36,044 bases of DNA from an uncultured archaeon (GTDB lineage Archaea; Asgardarchaeota; Lokiarchaeia; Sigyniarchaeales; SOKP01): contig CAZGJX010000036.1 of the NCBI GenBank assembly GCA_964525635.1, positions 1-36,044 on the forward strand, given 5' to 3'. Of the stretch, positions 1 to 10,814 are shown in pieces. Under the pieces are notes generated by a model. It ran no database searches, was not told the DNA's origin, and saw only the letters and a program-made list of their open reading frames with translations. The position numbers were made by a program, and so were the translations under genes. Position 1 is the first letter of the stretch; each line of letters begins with the position of its first letter.

Positions 1-709
1 ATACATACCATTATAGAGTTTATTATGAAAAATAATTTGATCAAAAATTTAAAAGAATATACTGATAAAATTTATTATAAAATTATAACATTTTTTCAAA
101 GATAATAAAAAATAATTATCTTGATGCTTCTCTTTAGCAATCTGCTTTAAGGATTAGCTAATAAATTAAATATTAAAGAAAAAATAAATAACATAAAGTT
201 ATTTAATGAAAAGTATTATAAAAATAACATTGATATTAATATCAAAGATAATATTTGCAGTTTCTTTTGATGATAATGTAAATTGTATATATTTATAGCA
301 AGACTTATGTTTTTTGAATTCATATAATTTACTCAATTATTTTAAAGGTGATTTTAATTATAGATGAGACTCCTATTATTTCAATTTATAATGGAAATTC
401 TATTAAAATATATATAGAACGGAAAATTCAAAGGACAATTTTCACAAAATTTTTATGGAAAATCGTATCAAAAATATAATTTTAGCTGAAAATAAAAATC
501 CATCGATGACTCCTTTAATATAGCCTGAAAGTAAAATAATAAACAATACTTTAGTTAAAAATTGAAAAAAAATGAAATAAATTAAAAATAAAATTCTTAT
601 TATATAATTATCTAATATTAGTCTATCATCTTCTTTATGAATGGCTCGAAATATCTTATTAACAGATGTTTTGTCAAATCCCTATTTTAAGACTATTGCC
701 ATTTATTTA

Positions 710-2005
710 TTAGCTTAAAATTAAACAATATATGACTGTATAACCGAGAATCATTATAAAATGAATCGTTGAAAATAAAGCACCATTTTTTAATAAGCGT
801 TTGTAATTTAAATTTGCGACTCTATATTTTTTTGCCAGGGAAAGAGTGAGAAGATCACAGGCTGAACCTTGCGGTAAAAAATTACCTCCCAAATTAACTC
901 CTCCTATGAAAGCAATAATAATTGGGGCAGGAAAGGCGCTTTCTCCCACAATCACTGAAACAATTGGGAGAAGGATAATGGTTACGGGTGTCCCTGCAAG
1001 AAATGCAGATAATAAAGAAGAAATACCTAGAGTTATCAATACAGCAATATAAATATTGTTATTTATAATGTCCAGTAAACCTGAGGAAATTAATTCTGAA
1101 AAACCAAATAAAGATAAAGAATTAGAAAGAATAAACAAAACTGCAAATGTTATTATAAGTTCCCATGAAATGTCATTCTTAAGATCTGAAAATCTTATTT
1201 TCTTATAATGTAGGAGAAGAAGAATCGCTGCTGAGATGGTTGCAATAAGAGCGGGTTCAAATCCCAATATCATGAAAAAAAAGGTTGAAATTAGTATTAA
1301 GACCGTTATTATAAAATATTTTTTATTACGGATTACGATTTTTGGATTGATTAAAGATAAAAAGATTTTCTTATCCTGTTCAGTTGGTTTTTGTTCTTTT
1401 CTTAATATAAATCGATCTATAAGATATACCGTAGGTAATAGTATTATAATGAATAAAAATCCCATATTGGCAAAAAAGTCTCCAAATCCCCATCCAAATT
1501 CTTTAGCAATTATAAGGTTTTTCAAACTTGACACAGGGGTGAGTATTGCTCCAATATTTATAGTAATTGTCATCCCCATCATATAGGTACCAGATCTTAT
1601 CTTTAAAATCTGACAAGTTCTGTAAATTAATGGAATCATTATCAATGAGAGAGTTAAATCTTCTATAAAAGCAACTATTATTGATGTAAATAGACATATT
1701 GCATAGAAAAAGGCTCTATTATTCCCTTTTGTTATATGTATCAATTTGATTGAGATATATTCTAAAACTTTATTTTGAGTTGCAAAATAGATGATTATTT
1801 GCATTGAAAAAATAAATATTAATGTATTAAAATTGATGAATCCAAGAATCTGTTCCTCTTCAACATTAAAAAAGAGAATCATTGAGACTAATGCAATACT
1901 TCCTATAATAAGTGAAATAGGAAAATAATCAATTTTATCTTGAGAAAAAAAAACCATTAAAATGGCAAACAATATCAGGATTAAAAGAATTGCAGGAATA
2001 TTCAT
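710..2005 (-). CDS. ArsB/NhaD/CitMHS (SLC13-like) ion transporter permease
   Basis: 431-aa highly hydrophobic ORF with many TM segments; IT-superfamily-like motifs NIGAILTPVSSLKN and GVNLGGNFLPQGSA. Confidence 0.8.
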   Translation of the reverse strand: MNIPAILLILILFAILMVFFSQDKIDYFPISLIIGSIALVSMILFFNVEEEQILGFINFNTLIFIFSMQIIIYFATQNKVLEYISIKLIHITKGNNRAFFYAICLFTSIIVAFIEDLTLSLIMIPLIYRTCQILKIRSGTYMMGMTITINIGAILTPVSSLKNLIIAKEFGWGFGDFFANMGFLFIIILLPTVYLIDRFILRKEQKPTEQDKKIFLSLINPKIVIRNKKYFIITVLILISTFFFMILGFEPALIATISAAILLLLHYKKIRFSDLKNDISWELIITFAVLFILSNSLSLFGFSELISSGLLDIINNNIYIAVLITLGISSLLSAFLAGTPVTIILLPIVSVIVGESAFPAPIIIAFIGGVNLGGNFLPQGSACDLLTLSLAKKYRVANLNYKRLLKNGALFSTIHFIMILGYTVIYCLILS

Positions 2006-2653
2006 CTAATTTAATGAAATAAATTATCTGTTATAAAGTTCAGCTATATAATATAACAGAGATATCTTTTTATTCATCAATTTAAGCTTAAATGATATTA
2101 AATTAGACGGGGAATAATTATTAAATGCAAATTGTATTATCAATTTGAATTAATAAAATTCAAATTTAAATCCTATATTTGACTAATTTTATAAAAGAAT
2201 GATCCTTTATTAAATATTTCAACCCGCTTTGGCAATAAACTCTCATTATCCGCTAAGAGCACCTATTCCTCATTTCTATCCGAGTGAAAATGGCAATCAC
2301 GTGCTTTTTTTGTCGCCCCAATTGAATGATAGGGCAATAATTCATTATCCATGAATCCAGCAATTTAAAAGACACTCCTCTTTTTTGAGCGTTATAATAG
2401 AATCTTATTCATGATAGGAAATAAATATAAAAAATTGGTTGAAATATGGCGAGGAATTTTAATCGTCATGATGAGCGGTCGGGTAAGGCAGGGCTGTTGC
2501 CAGTCAGTTCTCCCCTTGGACCCGTGCGTGCGGATCTCCTCGCACACGGCTCGAGCAGAGAGTTCCAATCACGTCACCATGTACCTTTTTACTGTTCTGC
2601 GTCAACGCTTCCCAGATATTTAGGTCAAGCAATAAAATATAGTAGATAGATGG

Positions 2654-4111
2654 TCATATCATCCTACATCTAATTTCCTCGTATCTTCTTCTTTCCCAAT
2701 ATTCTTTAACCTTAGGATTGGGATTTAAAGGGGATTTATCCCCAACTATAAATCTATACTTCAGTCTCTTCACGTCATTCGTTTTTGTTAATGTATAACC
2801 TGTTTCCGCAACCCCAAATGTCCATTTTCGTGTATCTATCCTCTCATAGTATCTATTGAATATCCAATACTTTCCTTTTCCCTTATGTATTCTTATTGCC
2901 CATCTCCATATTAATTTCCAGATCTCATGGTCTACTCTTGAAAATGTCTTGTATGCGTCAGAAAACCTATAATACATAGGCCATCCCCTAATAATTGGAT
3001 TTAGTTTAGCTATAAATTTTCCCTGTTCCATCTGTTTATGAGACCAAATAGTAAATCTCATATGGTTTAAAAATTTCTTTACTCGTTCCTTTTGCGGTTT
3101 AACATAGAGTTTTCTTCGTGGTTGTTCAATCGTAAAGCCTAAGAAATTAAAGCCTTGTCTTTTATCTGTTATTCGTGTTTTCTCCCGTTTTAAAGTTATA
3201 CCTCTTTCTCTTAGAAAATGTGCTAATCTCGGAATTATTTGTCTCATAGCTTCTCTTGTTCTTGTCATTATGATTAAGTCATCTGCATAAATAACGTCAG
3301 TTCCATCTTTTCCAAGTGTCTGTTGTAATCCATGTAAGGCTATATTAGCTAAAATCGGACTTATAGGACTTCCCTGTATTATTCCCTTAAGGGTACGATA
3401 TTTCTTTCCATTATCAATTATCCCTGCCTTTAAGCATCTTTGTAATACCTTACGAAATACTAGTATTTTATCTAAAATTATACTATGTTCTATGTTATCA
3501 AAGAATTTATTGATATCCGCATCTAAAATAACCCTATCTCCTCTCAGTAATTCTAAGTATATTTTCTGTATTTCGTCCTGTGTATTTCTGCCTGGGCGAA
3601 AACCGAAGATATCAGGATGTAATAATGCTTCCCACTTTGCCGTAAGGGCAAAAGCAATTATTGTTGCCATTATTCTGTCCTTGATTGTCATTAATCCCAA
3701 AGGTCGCCTCTCTAATTTCTTTTTATGATTTCTTCTGTGTTTATCTATCATTGCCCTCCAGTTTTCCTGTGTTTTAGGAATATATTTCCTTAATACTGGT
3801 TGGAATTTCCATGTTCTATAATCAAATGTTTCTTTACTTAATTCCATTCTTTCTTTAGATGTTAAATATACCTTTCTTTTTACACCAGGAGTAGTTCGCC
3901 CCTTGTTCTTCTGGGTTATGATATAAATCGCGAGCAATTTCGCAGATTCAGACCGAACCAAAAGTTTCATAAGGTTATGTGCTCCCTTCTTATCGCCTTT
4001 CTTGGATAGTCTGTAGATCCTACCTTGAAGTCGCCTTACATTCCGTTCCAGTTGGGAGAAATTAATCTTATCCCACCAGTCGTCCTGTCTATAGATTTGT
4101 TCAATTTTCAT
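2654..4111 (-). CDS. ltrA: Group II intron reverse transcriptase/maturase with no HNH endonuclease domain
   Basis: RT0 W..INF..LERNVRRLQGRIY; RPLGLMTIKDR; FGFRPGR; LDADINKFFD; QGSPISPILAN; YADD; GFNFLGF; maturase X domain LNPIIRGW; ORF ends before any HNH motif. Confidence 0.95.
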   Translation of the reverse strand: MKIEQIYRQDDWWDKINFSQLERNVRRLQGRIYRLSKKGDKKGAHNLMKLLVRSESAKLLAIYIITQKNKGRTTPGVKRKVYLTSKERMELSKETFDYRTWKFQPVLRKYIPKTQENWRAMIDKHRRNHKKKLERRPLGLMTIKDRIMATIIAFALTAKWEALLHPDIFGFRPGRNTQDEIQKIYLELLRGDRVILDADINKFFDNIEHSIILDKILVFRKVLQRCLKAGIIDNGKKYRTLKGIIQGSPISPILANIALHGLQQTLGKDGTDVIYADDLIIMTRTREAMRQIIPRLAHFLRERGITLKREKTRITDKRQGFNFLGFTIEQPRRKLYVKPQKERVKKFLNHMRFTIWSHKQMEQGKFIAKLNPIIRGWPMYYRFSDAYKTFSRVDHEIWKLIWRWAIRIHKGKGKYWIFNRYYERIDTRKWTFGVAETGYTLTKTNDVKRLKYRFIVGDKSPLNPNPKVKEYWERRRYEEIRCRMI

Positions 4112-4571
4112 TGTCTAACTCCTCATATAGTTATGGTTTCTTCATGGTACTTTCTCAGTCTCCACCACCAAGAAGTCAGCAGTCTTTCAACTTGGAGTAT
4201 CTCCCATATCTCATCGAAATCCTCTCAATATAGGCTCCTATCCATACTATTACTATATGGCATTCGCTTCCTCTTAGTTCCTCTGCCCGCTAAACCATCC
4301 TCCTCACTTACGCTTGGGATACCATTCCATTAAAATTTGAAGAGCTGGAACTTTTCCATCTTCTCTACTTTTCCTTTTAAAGTATGGAGTTTCAAGAGTC
4401 AGTGGGAGTATAACTCCCCCTACTCAGAAGAACCGGACATGCGACTTTCACCGCATCCGGCTCAAGTTTCAAGTGCTCAACATCATGTTACCATATCTCC
4501 TTTGAGAAATCTTTTCAGAATATCTCCCGGGAACTTCATGTCACCATTTCACACCCTATAGGAGAAAACGA

Positions 4572-4823
4572 TCATTCATTCAAGATATATCTTCTTGAAA
4601 ATGACCGTGCAAGCAATTTCTGATATCTCTTTACTTTCATAAAATTACCTGCTTGAGCCTCTCGGAAAATCTTTTGTTGGATCTTTTCGACTTGATGCTT
4701 GACCTGAGACCAATTTACTTGATCCCAGTCAATCTGCACCCGTTGGTTGGTGCGCATAGAATTCTCTGTCTTACGCCTTCCTTCCATTAGAATTCTCCTC
4801 CAATTCTTTTCCGTTGAAGTCAT
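4572..4823 (-). pseudogene. N-terminal remnant (RT0 region) of a group II intron RT inside intron 3
   Basis: IDWDQVNWSQVKHQVEKIQQKIFRE...VKRYQKLLARS resembles the N-terminus of the 2654-4111 RT; the rest of the RT is missing. Confidence 0.85.
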
Positions 4824-5275
4824 GGGTAGTCAGCCACTTTTCAGTTGGGTATATACCCTATCCTTCGCATTACCGAAGGCATTCGCTTTTACCCAATCTC
4901 TGCCTCCCTACCTTAGTATGGAAGCTTTACAGAGTTCCTTTGTAAAGACAATTACATGACCTTTAGGAGCCTGCTATACGCCGGATGTTATTCTTTCAGA
5001 AAGATGTATAACCCGATAATATACACCCTAACATCATCGCCTTACTTTGGTCAAGCTGCGTATCAATTCCCTTTCGCAGCCCTGGTATCACGACGTTTCA
5101 AGCACAGGTTCATTTTCGTTCTCCATGGGTCTTATTTTTTTTTTTTTTTACTAGCCCTATCTGTTCGGGGAATTAACAGAATCGGTACATTGCTGTGCAT
5201 GCTTTGGAGCCCATACCTTTTGAATACGAGTCCGCACAACTGTCACAAGCGGTCTGATTCCGCTGCCCTTACGGG

Positions 5276-6774
5276 CAATGTCATTAAGTTAAGCTATCAC
5301 TTTTTTTTTATATTTGTAAAACCAAAGTTTCTGACTACTCGTAGGTTTTACTCGGGGAGTCATGCGATCCTTGCGAATAATTACGGGATTCTTCTTGAAA
5401 AGAAATGTTAATTCATCAAGCAAGTCCATCAATGAGCAGTTTTTGTTAAAGAAGAGCTCGACAATACGGTTCAAGAGAACACAAAGACTAATAGAATGGT
5501 TTACCTTGTAAAAATGTTTGCGATTAGCGGTTCGACATTCAATTTCTATTTCTTCTTCAGCTCTTTTGGAAAGAAGGCTTTCTAACGTGGTCAAGAAGAC
5601 AATACCATGGAAATCCTGCAATATTGAGTTCAAAAGCTTGGCACTAAAACGTTGTAATTCAAAAATATTCTTAAGTCTATCAAAAAAGGTCTCAACACAC
5701 CATCTTAACCTGTAAATCTCTCCAATATCCGAAGCAGGAAACTCCTGGGAATCCAATAAGTTAGTAATGAGTATCTCAACATCTCCATTGGGCAAAACTA
5801 AGCGAATGAAGCGAACCCTTACTTCCTCTAAAAGTCCTTTCTGGCGAATAAATTCCTTCTGCCTGGAGGATTGCTCAAGTTTAATAAGTATGTCATCTGT
5901 GATACCTCCATCAACTGGATCGTTCTTCATTGCGCTTGAAAGCTTTCTTGCCGCCGAGAAACTATTTTTAGATGCCCGAATGACGAAGTTGATAGCATTA
6001 GAAGCAAGAAATGAAATTACCGAAAAATCACCATATGCCCGATCCAAGGTAATAATATCTCCCTCCTTTAAATAATTGGAATGCTCCTTGAAAAGGAATT
6101 TCTTTTCGGCTGTTTTTTCTTTTAATGATGCGCTGATGGCAAGATCATTAAGAATGTCATATAAACAGCTCATTAACCCTTGAACTTTCCCCTTCTCATC
6201 ATACTGGTTTACCTGGATACTAAATCTTGCTCTCGTGTCGGGGGTATCTGGAAGATTAATGGTCGAGCCGTCTAATGCTAATAACCTCCGGTTATTTCAG
6301 AGTTTTACACAATCAAGCTCCTTTCTAAAAGAATAAAACGTTTCATTTGCAATGTCATTTATTTCCTTGAAAAATTCAGGTTTCAGTTTTTCTCTTGCTT
6401 GACAATATGCACTTGCAGTTGGTACCTCCCTTATCTTGCCCAGTTCGCTGAAGAACTTGTTAAGGGCATTTTGAAATGGGAGTTTTTGTCCTCGAAGGAT
6501 CAAAATTGCCAATTGTTTGAGGGGTAAGAGGCGTTTTCTTTGAAAATATTGTGGTGATGTTTTGAATTTATTACTTAAATTATCCTGATCTAATTGATTT
6601 TTTAGTTTCTTAACGATTAAAGCCATAATTTCCTTTTTTCTCATGATGAGATGAAGGATCGAAGTGATTTAAATCATTCGCTTTTACTTGAAGAGGATGG
6701 AAATGTCCTAAAAAAATACAGAAAATAAAAATAAAGATTTACAGAAATATAAAATCCTTAACTTAATGACATTG
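5276..6774 (-). mobile_element. IS4-family insertion sequence (1499 bp)
   Basis: Perfect 18-bp TIR CAATGTCATTAAGTTAAG (5276-5293 / 6757-6774); 10-bp TSD CCCTTACGGG (5266-5275 / 6775-6784). Confidence 0.92.
5289..6644 (-). pseudogene. IS4-family DDE transposase with a nonsense codon near 6297 and a frameshift near 6185
   Basis: Reading through gives TASAYCQAREKL, RLLALDGST, DRAY, YRLRWCVETFF..LK; split into ORFs 6297-6644 and 5289-6173. Confidence 0.88.
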
Positions 6775-6943
6775 CCCTTACGGGATTCCTTACAGAGGCT
6801 TTGCTCTGCCGCATATTGGGTTTACCATGTTCCGTGTGTTTGACTTTAAACAATACTCTTAGATACTTGCTCTCTCACGACTGAACTACGGACGGAAAAG
6901 CAATAAGACGTCATTATCGCTTACTGTCAGCATTGCCTTTTGG

Positions 6944-7938
6944 GTCGAGTAGGTCAGGGCTGTTGCCAGCCCTTTCCCCTCTTGGAACCACACGTGCGAC
7001 TTTCATCGCATGTGGCTCGAGCCTGAAATATCCCACACGTCACCGTGTCCTTCTTCGGAACTCGTGTCACCACTATTCCGTCAAGGAATCCCGTCACCGT
7101 TTTCCTTTGAAAAGGATTTTGGGGTTTAAAGAATCCCATCTTCTCAATTACTCTCCTTAGCAATTTAAAGAACTTATTGAATGGCGAGTTCAATACTTCC
7201 TTCTCTTCTAATCCATCGGATTAGGTCAATGGCATCATTATTGTCTACCTTCTCCTTTTCTGATTGTCGGGCATATATTTGATGCACCCACGACAATACA
7301 ATGGTCATAAGTCTTGAGAAAATCTTTTTTTTTTTTCTCTTTCAGACCTGCTGGATGTCTGCATCCTTTCAGATTGGGTATCCTCCACTATAAATTATTC
7401 TTTCATTATAGTAGCCCCTATCCACTCAATTACAGAGTGGCTTTCGCTTTTTCCAGCATCCTATATCCGCTAAGCCTTCCCTCTCCCTTACGGTTGAGAT
7501 ACCATTCCATTTTAATGTATGGGGCTTATCGGACTTACCATGTTCCGTATAATTAACTTTCACCAACTCCCTTAGGTACCCAATCTCCCCCGACTGTTCT
7601 ACGGTTGGAAAGACATTAAGCCATGAATAATGTCTACTAACAGTTTTGCTATTTTAGCCAGGTGTATCAATGCTTTTCACCTGCACTGATTCACGAGGTT
7701 TATCATGGGTTCACTTTCGTTTACCATAGAGGTCATGACTAGCCCACAGTAAGAGTGCATTCTCCCCTGTTGGTTCATTGTCTCCAGAGCTTCATACCCA
7801 GTCGTTACCAACCACGCATGTCCGGATAGTCACACTTATCCAACTTAAGGTCGGTTTCTTGAGAGCTTATCTATTGACAAGCATATCATTTGGTAATACT
7901 CAAGGTTCCGCATTCAATCATACAGCTTCATGTCACAC
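6944..7938 (-). mobile_element. Group II intron 2, ORF-less (995 nt), nested in domain I of intron 1
   Basis: 5' end GTGTGACATGAAG at 7938; domain V GAGCCACATGCGATGAAAGTCGCACGTGTGGTTC (7018-6985); ends CCTACTCGAC at 6944; EBS1 CATGGC (7625-7620, in an AGACATTA/TAATGTCT stem-loop) is the perfect complement of the flanking GCCATG (7944-7939). Confidence 0.9.
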
Positions 7939-8543
7939 CATGGCATATCAATGCATTTCGCCACTGCGGATTTACGTGGTTTACTCGCAAGTTCATTCTC
8001 TTTACCATAAGGATCTTGGGTTAGCCTGCAGCCGGAGTGCATTCTCCTCTGTCAGTACATTTTCCAACGCTTAGTACTCTGTCATTACCAACAGCGCACC
8101 CATGGACAACCACACCTATCCGTTTTAGGATCGTCTTCTTGGATGTTTATTTACTAATAAACCTACCATCTTGGTAATTTCCAAGTTTACGCATTCAAAT
8201 ACACGACTTCATGTCGCACGACACCAAATCCTCAATCATGAATGATTATTAGTAAATTTTAATTAATTTCATATTTAAATATTTTTTCATCATCTCCATC
8301 ATAACATCCCCAAAATAGTGAAAAAATAAACTAAGCCAGATTAATAACAAAAAAAATAATTTTATTAGTGAAAATACTTAATATGTAGTTAACCAACATA
8401 TAATTTTAATTACTAAAAAATAATTCAAGGAACAAAAAGGGGTGATTAATAAGACTGGAAGTATGATTTTAAGAATATAATGAAAAAAAAATTTTCTTGA
8501 AGTTTTTTAGTAAATTTATATACTATAAGTGGGTGTTTTAAAC

Positions 8544-8915
8544 ATGGGAACAAAAGAAAGAGCGTTTGAAATAATTGATCATTTTGAAGGACAAAATATT
8601 TTAATAACTTCAACAGCTAATTTCTTTGGACAAAAATCGAAAGGATGGAAGCAACTTAGAGGAAAAAGTCAAGTTGTTCTTTTACCTAATGAATTATATT
8701 CCGAAATGATTCTCACTCAAAAAATTTTAAGAATACCTATTGAATCTATTCGTGAAGTTGATATAACTAAAAAGACCTTTTTAAGAAAAACTAGATCTAA
8801 AAAGCTCCTTATTGTTCATTTTTTAAATGAAGCAGGTGAAGAAGATTCTGCAGGATGGCTTATTCCTCGTTTAGAATCATATAAGCGAATAATCGATAAA
8901 TTAATAACAAAATAA
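8544..8915 (+). CDS. Hypothetical protein, possibly a PH-like/GRAM beta domain
   Basis: Clean ORF, likely ATG at 8544; pattern RG...VVL....L......LRIPIESI.EV resembles PH-like folds. Confidence 0.55.
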   Translation: MGTKERAFEIIDHFEGQNILITSTANFFGQKSKGWKQLRGKSQVVLLPNELYSEMILTQKILRIPIESIREVDITKKTFLRKTRSKKLLIVHFLNEAGEEDSAGWLIPRLESYKRIIDKLITK

Positions 8916-9015
8916 ATGTCCGAATTACTTTAAACATTTTTTTAACAAGTTAATTTCTTTTTTTTTCCGATTAATTGAATTTTTCTTTAAAATCTTAATC
9001 ACATTGATAGCTTCC

Positions 9016-9052
9016 ATTTCAATCTTCTTTCTGAAGCTATTTTCTATGTTGT
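9016..9052 (-). CRISPR. Solo CRISPR-like repeat
   Basis: ACAACATAGAAAATAGCTTCAGAAAGAAGATTGAAAT on the - strand; matches copies at 16616, 16689, 22353 and 23197; ends in ATTGAAAN. Confidence 0.65.
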
Positions 9053-9154
9053 ATTGATAAAGAGAATGATTCGAATAAAAGATTATTTTAGTAGGAATTG
9101 TATATATTTAGTAAAAATTTTTAAAAACCTTATAAAGAAGTAAATTCGATACAT

Positions 9155-9574
9155 TTAAGGATATTCAGAGGTATCAAGGTTAAAGAATTGATTATCATCA
9201 TCAATATAATCAAGACATTCTTTTAAAGATCCATTTATTAAGGTAATCCATTGCCCATTGTGTCGTTGCCAATCTGCTGTACAATCTATTCCCTTTTTGT
9301 CATATAAGGTAATTCTAGCAAAGATAATTTCGTTATATTTCCCATCAATCAATGGTTTTATAAAAATTGCTTTAGGATCGTTCCATCGGAATGGTTTATA
9401 TAAATAATAAAGATAAATTCTTCCACCTCGAATATCAATTCGATTAATTCTATTTGATAATTTTTTAGAATTTGATATAAATTTTTTCACATCATTCATA
9501 ATTAAAATTTTATCTCTTGGATCTAATTTAATAGGTTTTGGAGGGATCTTAACCCAAACTTTATTTGATGGCAT
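9155..9574 (-). CDS. Hypothetical protein
   Basis: 139-aa ORF with normal composition; no recognised motif. Confidence 0.65.
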   Translation of the reverse strand: MPSNKVWVKIPPKPIKLDPRDKILIMNDVKKFISNSKKLSNRINRIDIRGGRIYLYYLYKPFRWNDPKAIFIKPLIDGKYNEIIFARITLYDKKGIDCTADWQRHNGQWITLINGSLKECLDYIDDDNQFFNLDTSEYP

Positions 9575-9791
9575 AATCTAATTTAATTTTGTATTATTTT
9601 TATTTTAATTTCTTGAGTCTAAAAAGTAAGGCTTTTTAATATTTTTATTTTTATCTTAAAAAACATATTAATCGACTCAATTTAAATGTAGCATATCCAG
9701 AATTTATTAATATTTGATGTCAAGAGTCCTGAATAAATATGATTATTTAATTTAACTTTACTCAACATAATTTTTAGTAGAGATAATATTA

Positions 9792-10184
9792 TTATTTTAT
9801 TAACTCGAGGCGTTCCTTATAATTTTTAAATTGATTTGAAAGAATTCGATGTTTTATATCATCCCATTTTTTTCTGTAAAAATAGAAATACTCAGAGATG
9901 TCTAAAAGATCGCCAAAAATTATCTTATAATCCTGAATGATTGAAATTTGAATATACAAAGGTAAGAGTTCAAACACACGTATATCATATTTAATTGGAG
10001 CAATCCCAAAAAGATCAAACTGTAGCGTCTTTAATTTTTTTTTATCTCTTAAGTAAGATAACACTGCAATATCAATATCAGAATTAGGTCGTTCATTATT
10101 ATTAATTAAAGATCCATATAAAACAACATCATACTTATTTTTTATTGGTTTAAGTACCTTCCTTATTTTTTCAATCCTTATCAA
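9792..10184 (-). CDS. Minimal nucleotidyltransferase (MNT) antitoxin
   Basis: LYGS...RPNSDIDIAV polbeta-type GS/DxD motif; overlaps the HEPN gene. Confidence 0.88.
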   Translation of the reverse strand: MIRIEKIRKVLKPIKNKYDVVLYGSLINNNERPNSDIDIAVLSYLRDKKKLKTLQFDLFGIAPIKYDIRVFELLPLYIQISIIQDYKIIFGDLLDISEYFYFYRKKWDDIKHRILSNQFKNYKERLELIK

Positions 10185-10581
10185 AATCTACTAACATCTC
10201 TTCAATTTCATTCATCCAATTCATTAATAACATATTTACATCATTAATTGAGTCTAAAATAATATCTTCTTCTATATTGTTATATCTATGTACAATAATA
10301 TTTCGCATACCATTTGCTTTTTTTAATTCTTCACCTAATTTCTTATCAATTTTTCTTTTTTTTACAAATTCAGAAATATTATTTTCATCATCCTTTACCG
10401 GAATTCCTAAATCTTTAACTGACATTGCAACTAAATCCACTAGTGATTCTATAGATGTTTGAAGGGAATAGAAAATTCCAAGCTTTTCTAATTCATTTTT
10501 TGGCTCAACCGATAATAATTTCATGCAATCTACAATATAATTAATCTTATCTCGATATCTTTTTTTTCGGAATTCATCCAT
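10171..10581 (-). CDS. HEPN (DUF86/HepT-like) RNase toxin
   Basis: Rx4HxY motif RNIIVHRY; LQTSIESLVD helix. Confidence 0.88.
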   Translation of the reverse strand: MDEFRKKRYRDKINYIVDCMKLLSVEPKNELEKLGIFYSLQTSIESLVDLVAMSVKDLGIPVKDDENNISEFVKKRKIDKKLGEELKKANGMRNIIVHRYNNIEEDIILDSINDVNMLLMNWMNEIEEMLVDFDKD

Positions 10582-10814
10582 TTTTATCTGTAGTTATCTT
10601 TATTTTTTTCTACTTATAAATAATATGGCTTTTTAGATTTATTAATTTTAAGAATACATAATTTTTGACAAATTTGAATAGATTATTCTTTAAAAATTTG
10701 GAAATCTTGTATTGAATTAAATTAAAAAACTCATGATTGATATTTAATTTTCTTTTTATCAGTAAAATAAGAGTGAAACTCTATATTTTTATGTATATTC
10801 CTAATAAATAAAAC

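Larger units (their letters stand above)
4393..6814 (-). mobile_element. Group II intron 3, nested in intron 1 domain II; RT truncated; interrupted by IS4 (about 0.9 kb without the IS)
   Basis: Domain V GAGCCGGATGCGGTGAAAGTCGCATGTCCGGTTC (4463-4430) plus domain VI hairpin. Removing it restores CCCAAT|AAACTCCATAC, colinear with TCCGAT-AAGCCCCATAC in intron 2. EBS1 loop ATCGGG at 5017-5012. Boundaries are +/-1 nt and non-canonical. Confidence 0.75.
2478..8219 (-). mobile_element. Group II intron 1 (outer host intron, IIB-like, RT-encoding; about 2.3 kb once the nested inserts are removed)
   Basis: 5' end GTGCGACATGAAG at 8219; domain V GAGCCGTGTGCGAGGAGATCCGCACGCACGGGTC (2552-2519); domain VI ends ...TTACCCGAC at 2478; EBS1 loop GACGTC (6912-6907) pairs with 5' exon GGTGTC (8225-8220) using two G-U pairs. 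Confidence 0.88.

Noticed and set aside
1-530. Possible decayed ORF at the window start
   Set aside because: Multiple stops and no recognisable motif
2654-4111. RT as a retron, DGR or CRISPR-associated RT
   Set aside because: It has a maturase X domain and lies inside a complete group II intron; no Cas1 fusion or TR/VR pair seen
5233-5237. GTGCG on the - strand as the 5' end of intron 3
   Set aside because: It aligns with an internal domain I position in the other introns and its flank does not pair with EBS1
2411-8074. Short ORFs in the intron region (e.g. 2411, 2446, 4025, 4337, 4747, 4956, 6933, 6954, 7314, 7778)
   Set aside because: They overlap intron RNA domains or lie antisense to real genes, and show no protein motifs
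2200-8330. Host gene restored by splicing of intron 1
   Set aside because: The joined flanks give only short frames; the insertion looks intergenic or within a decayed gene
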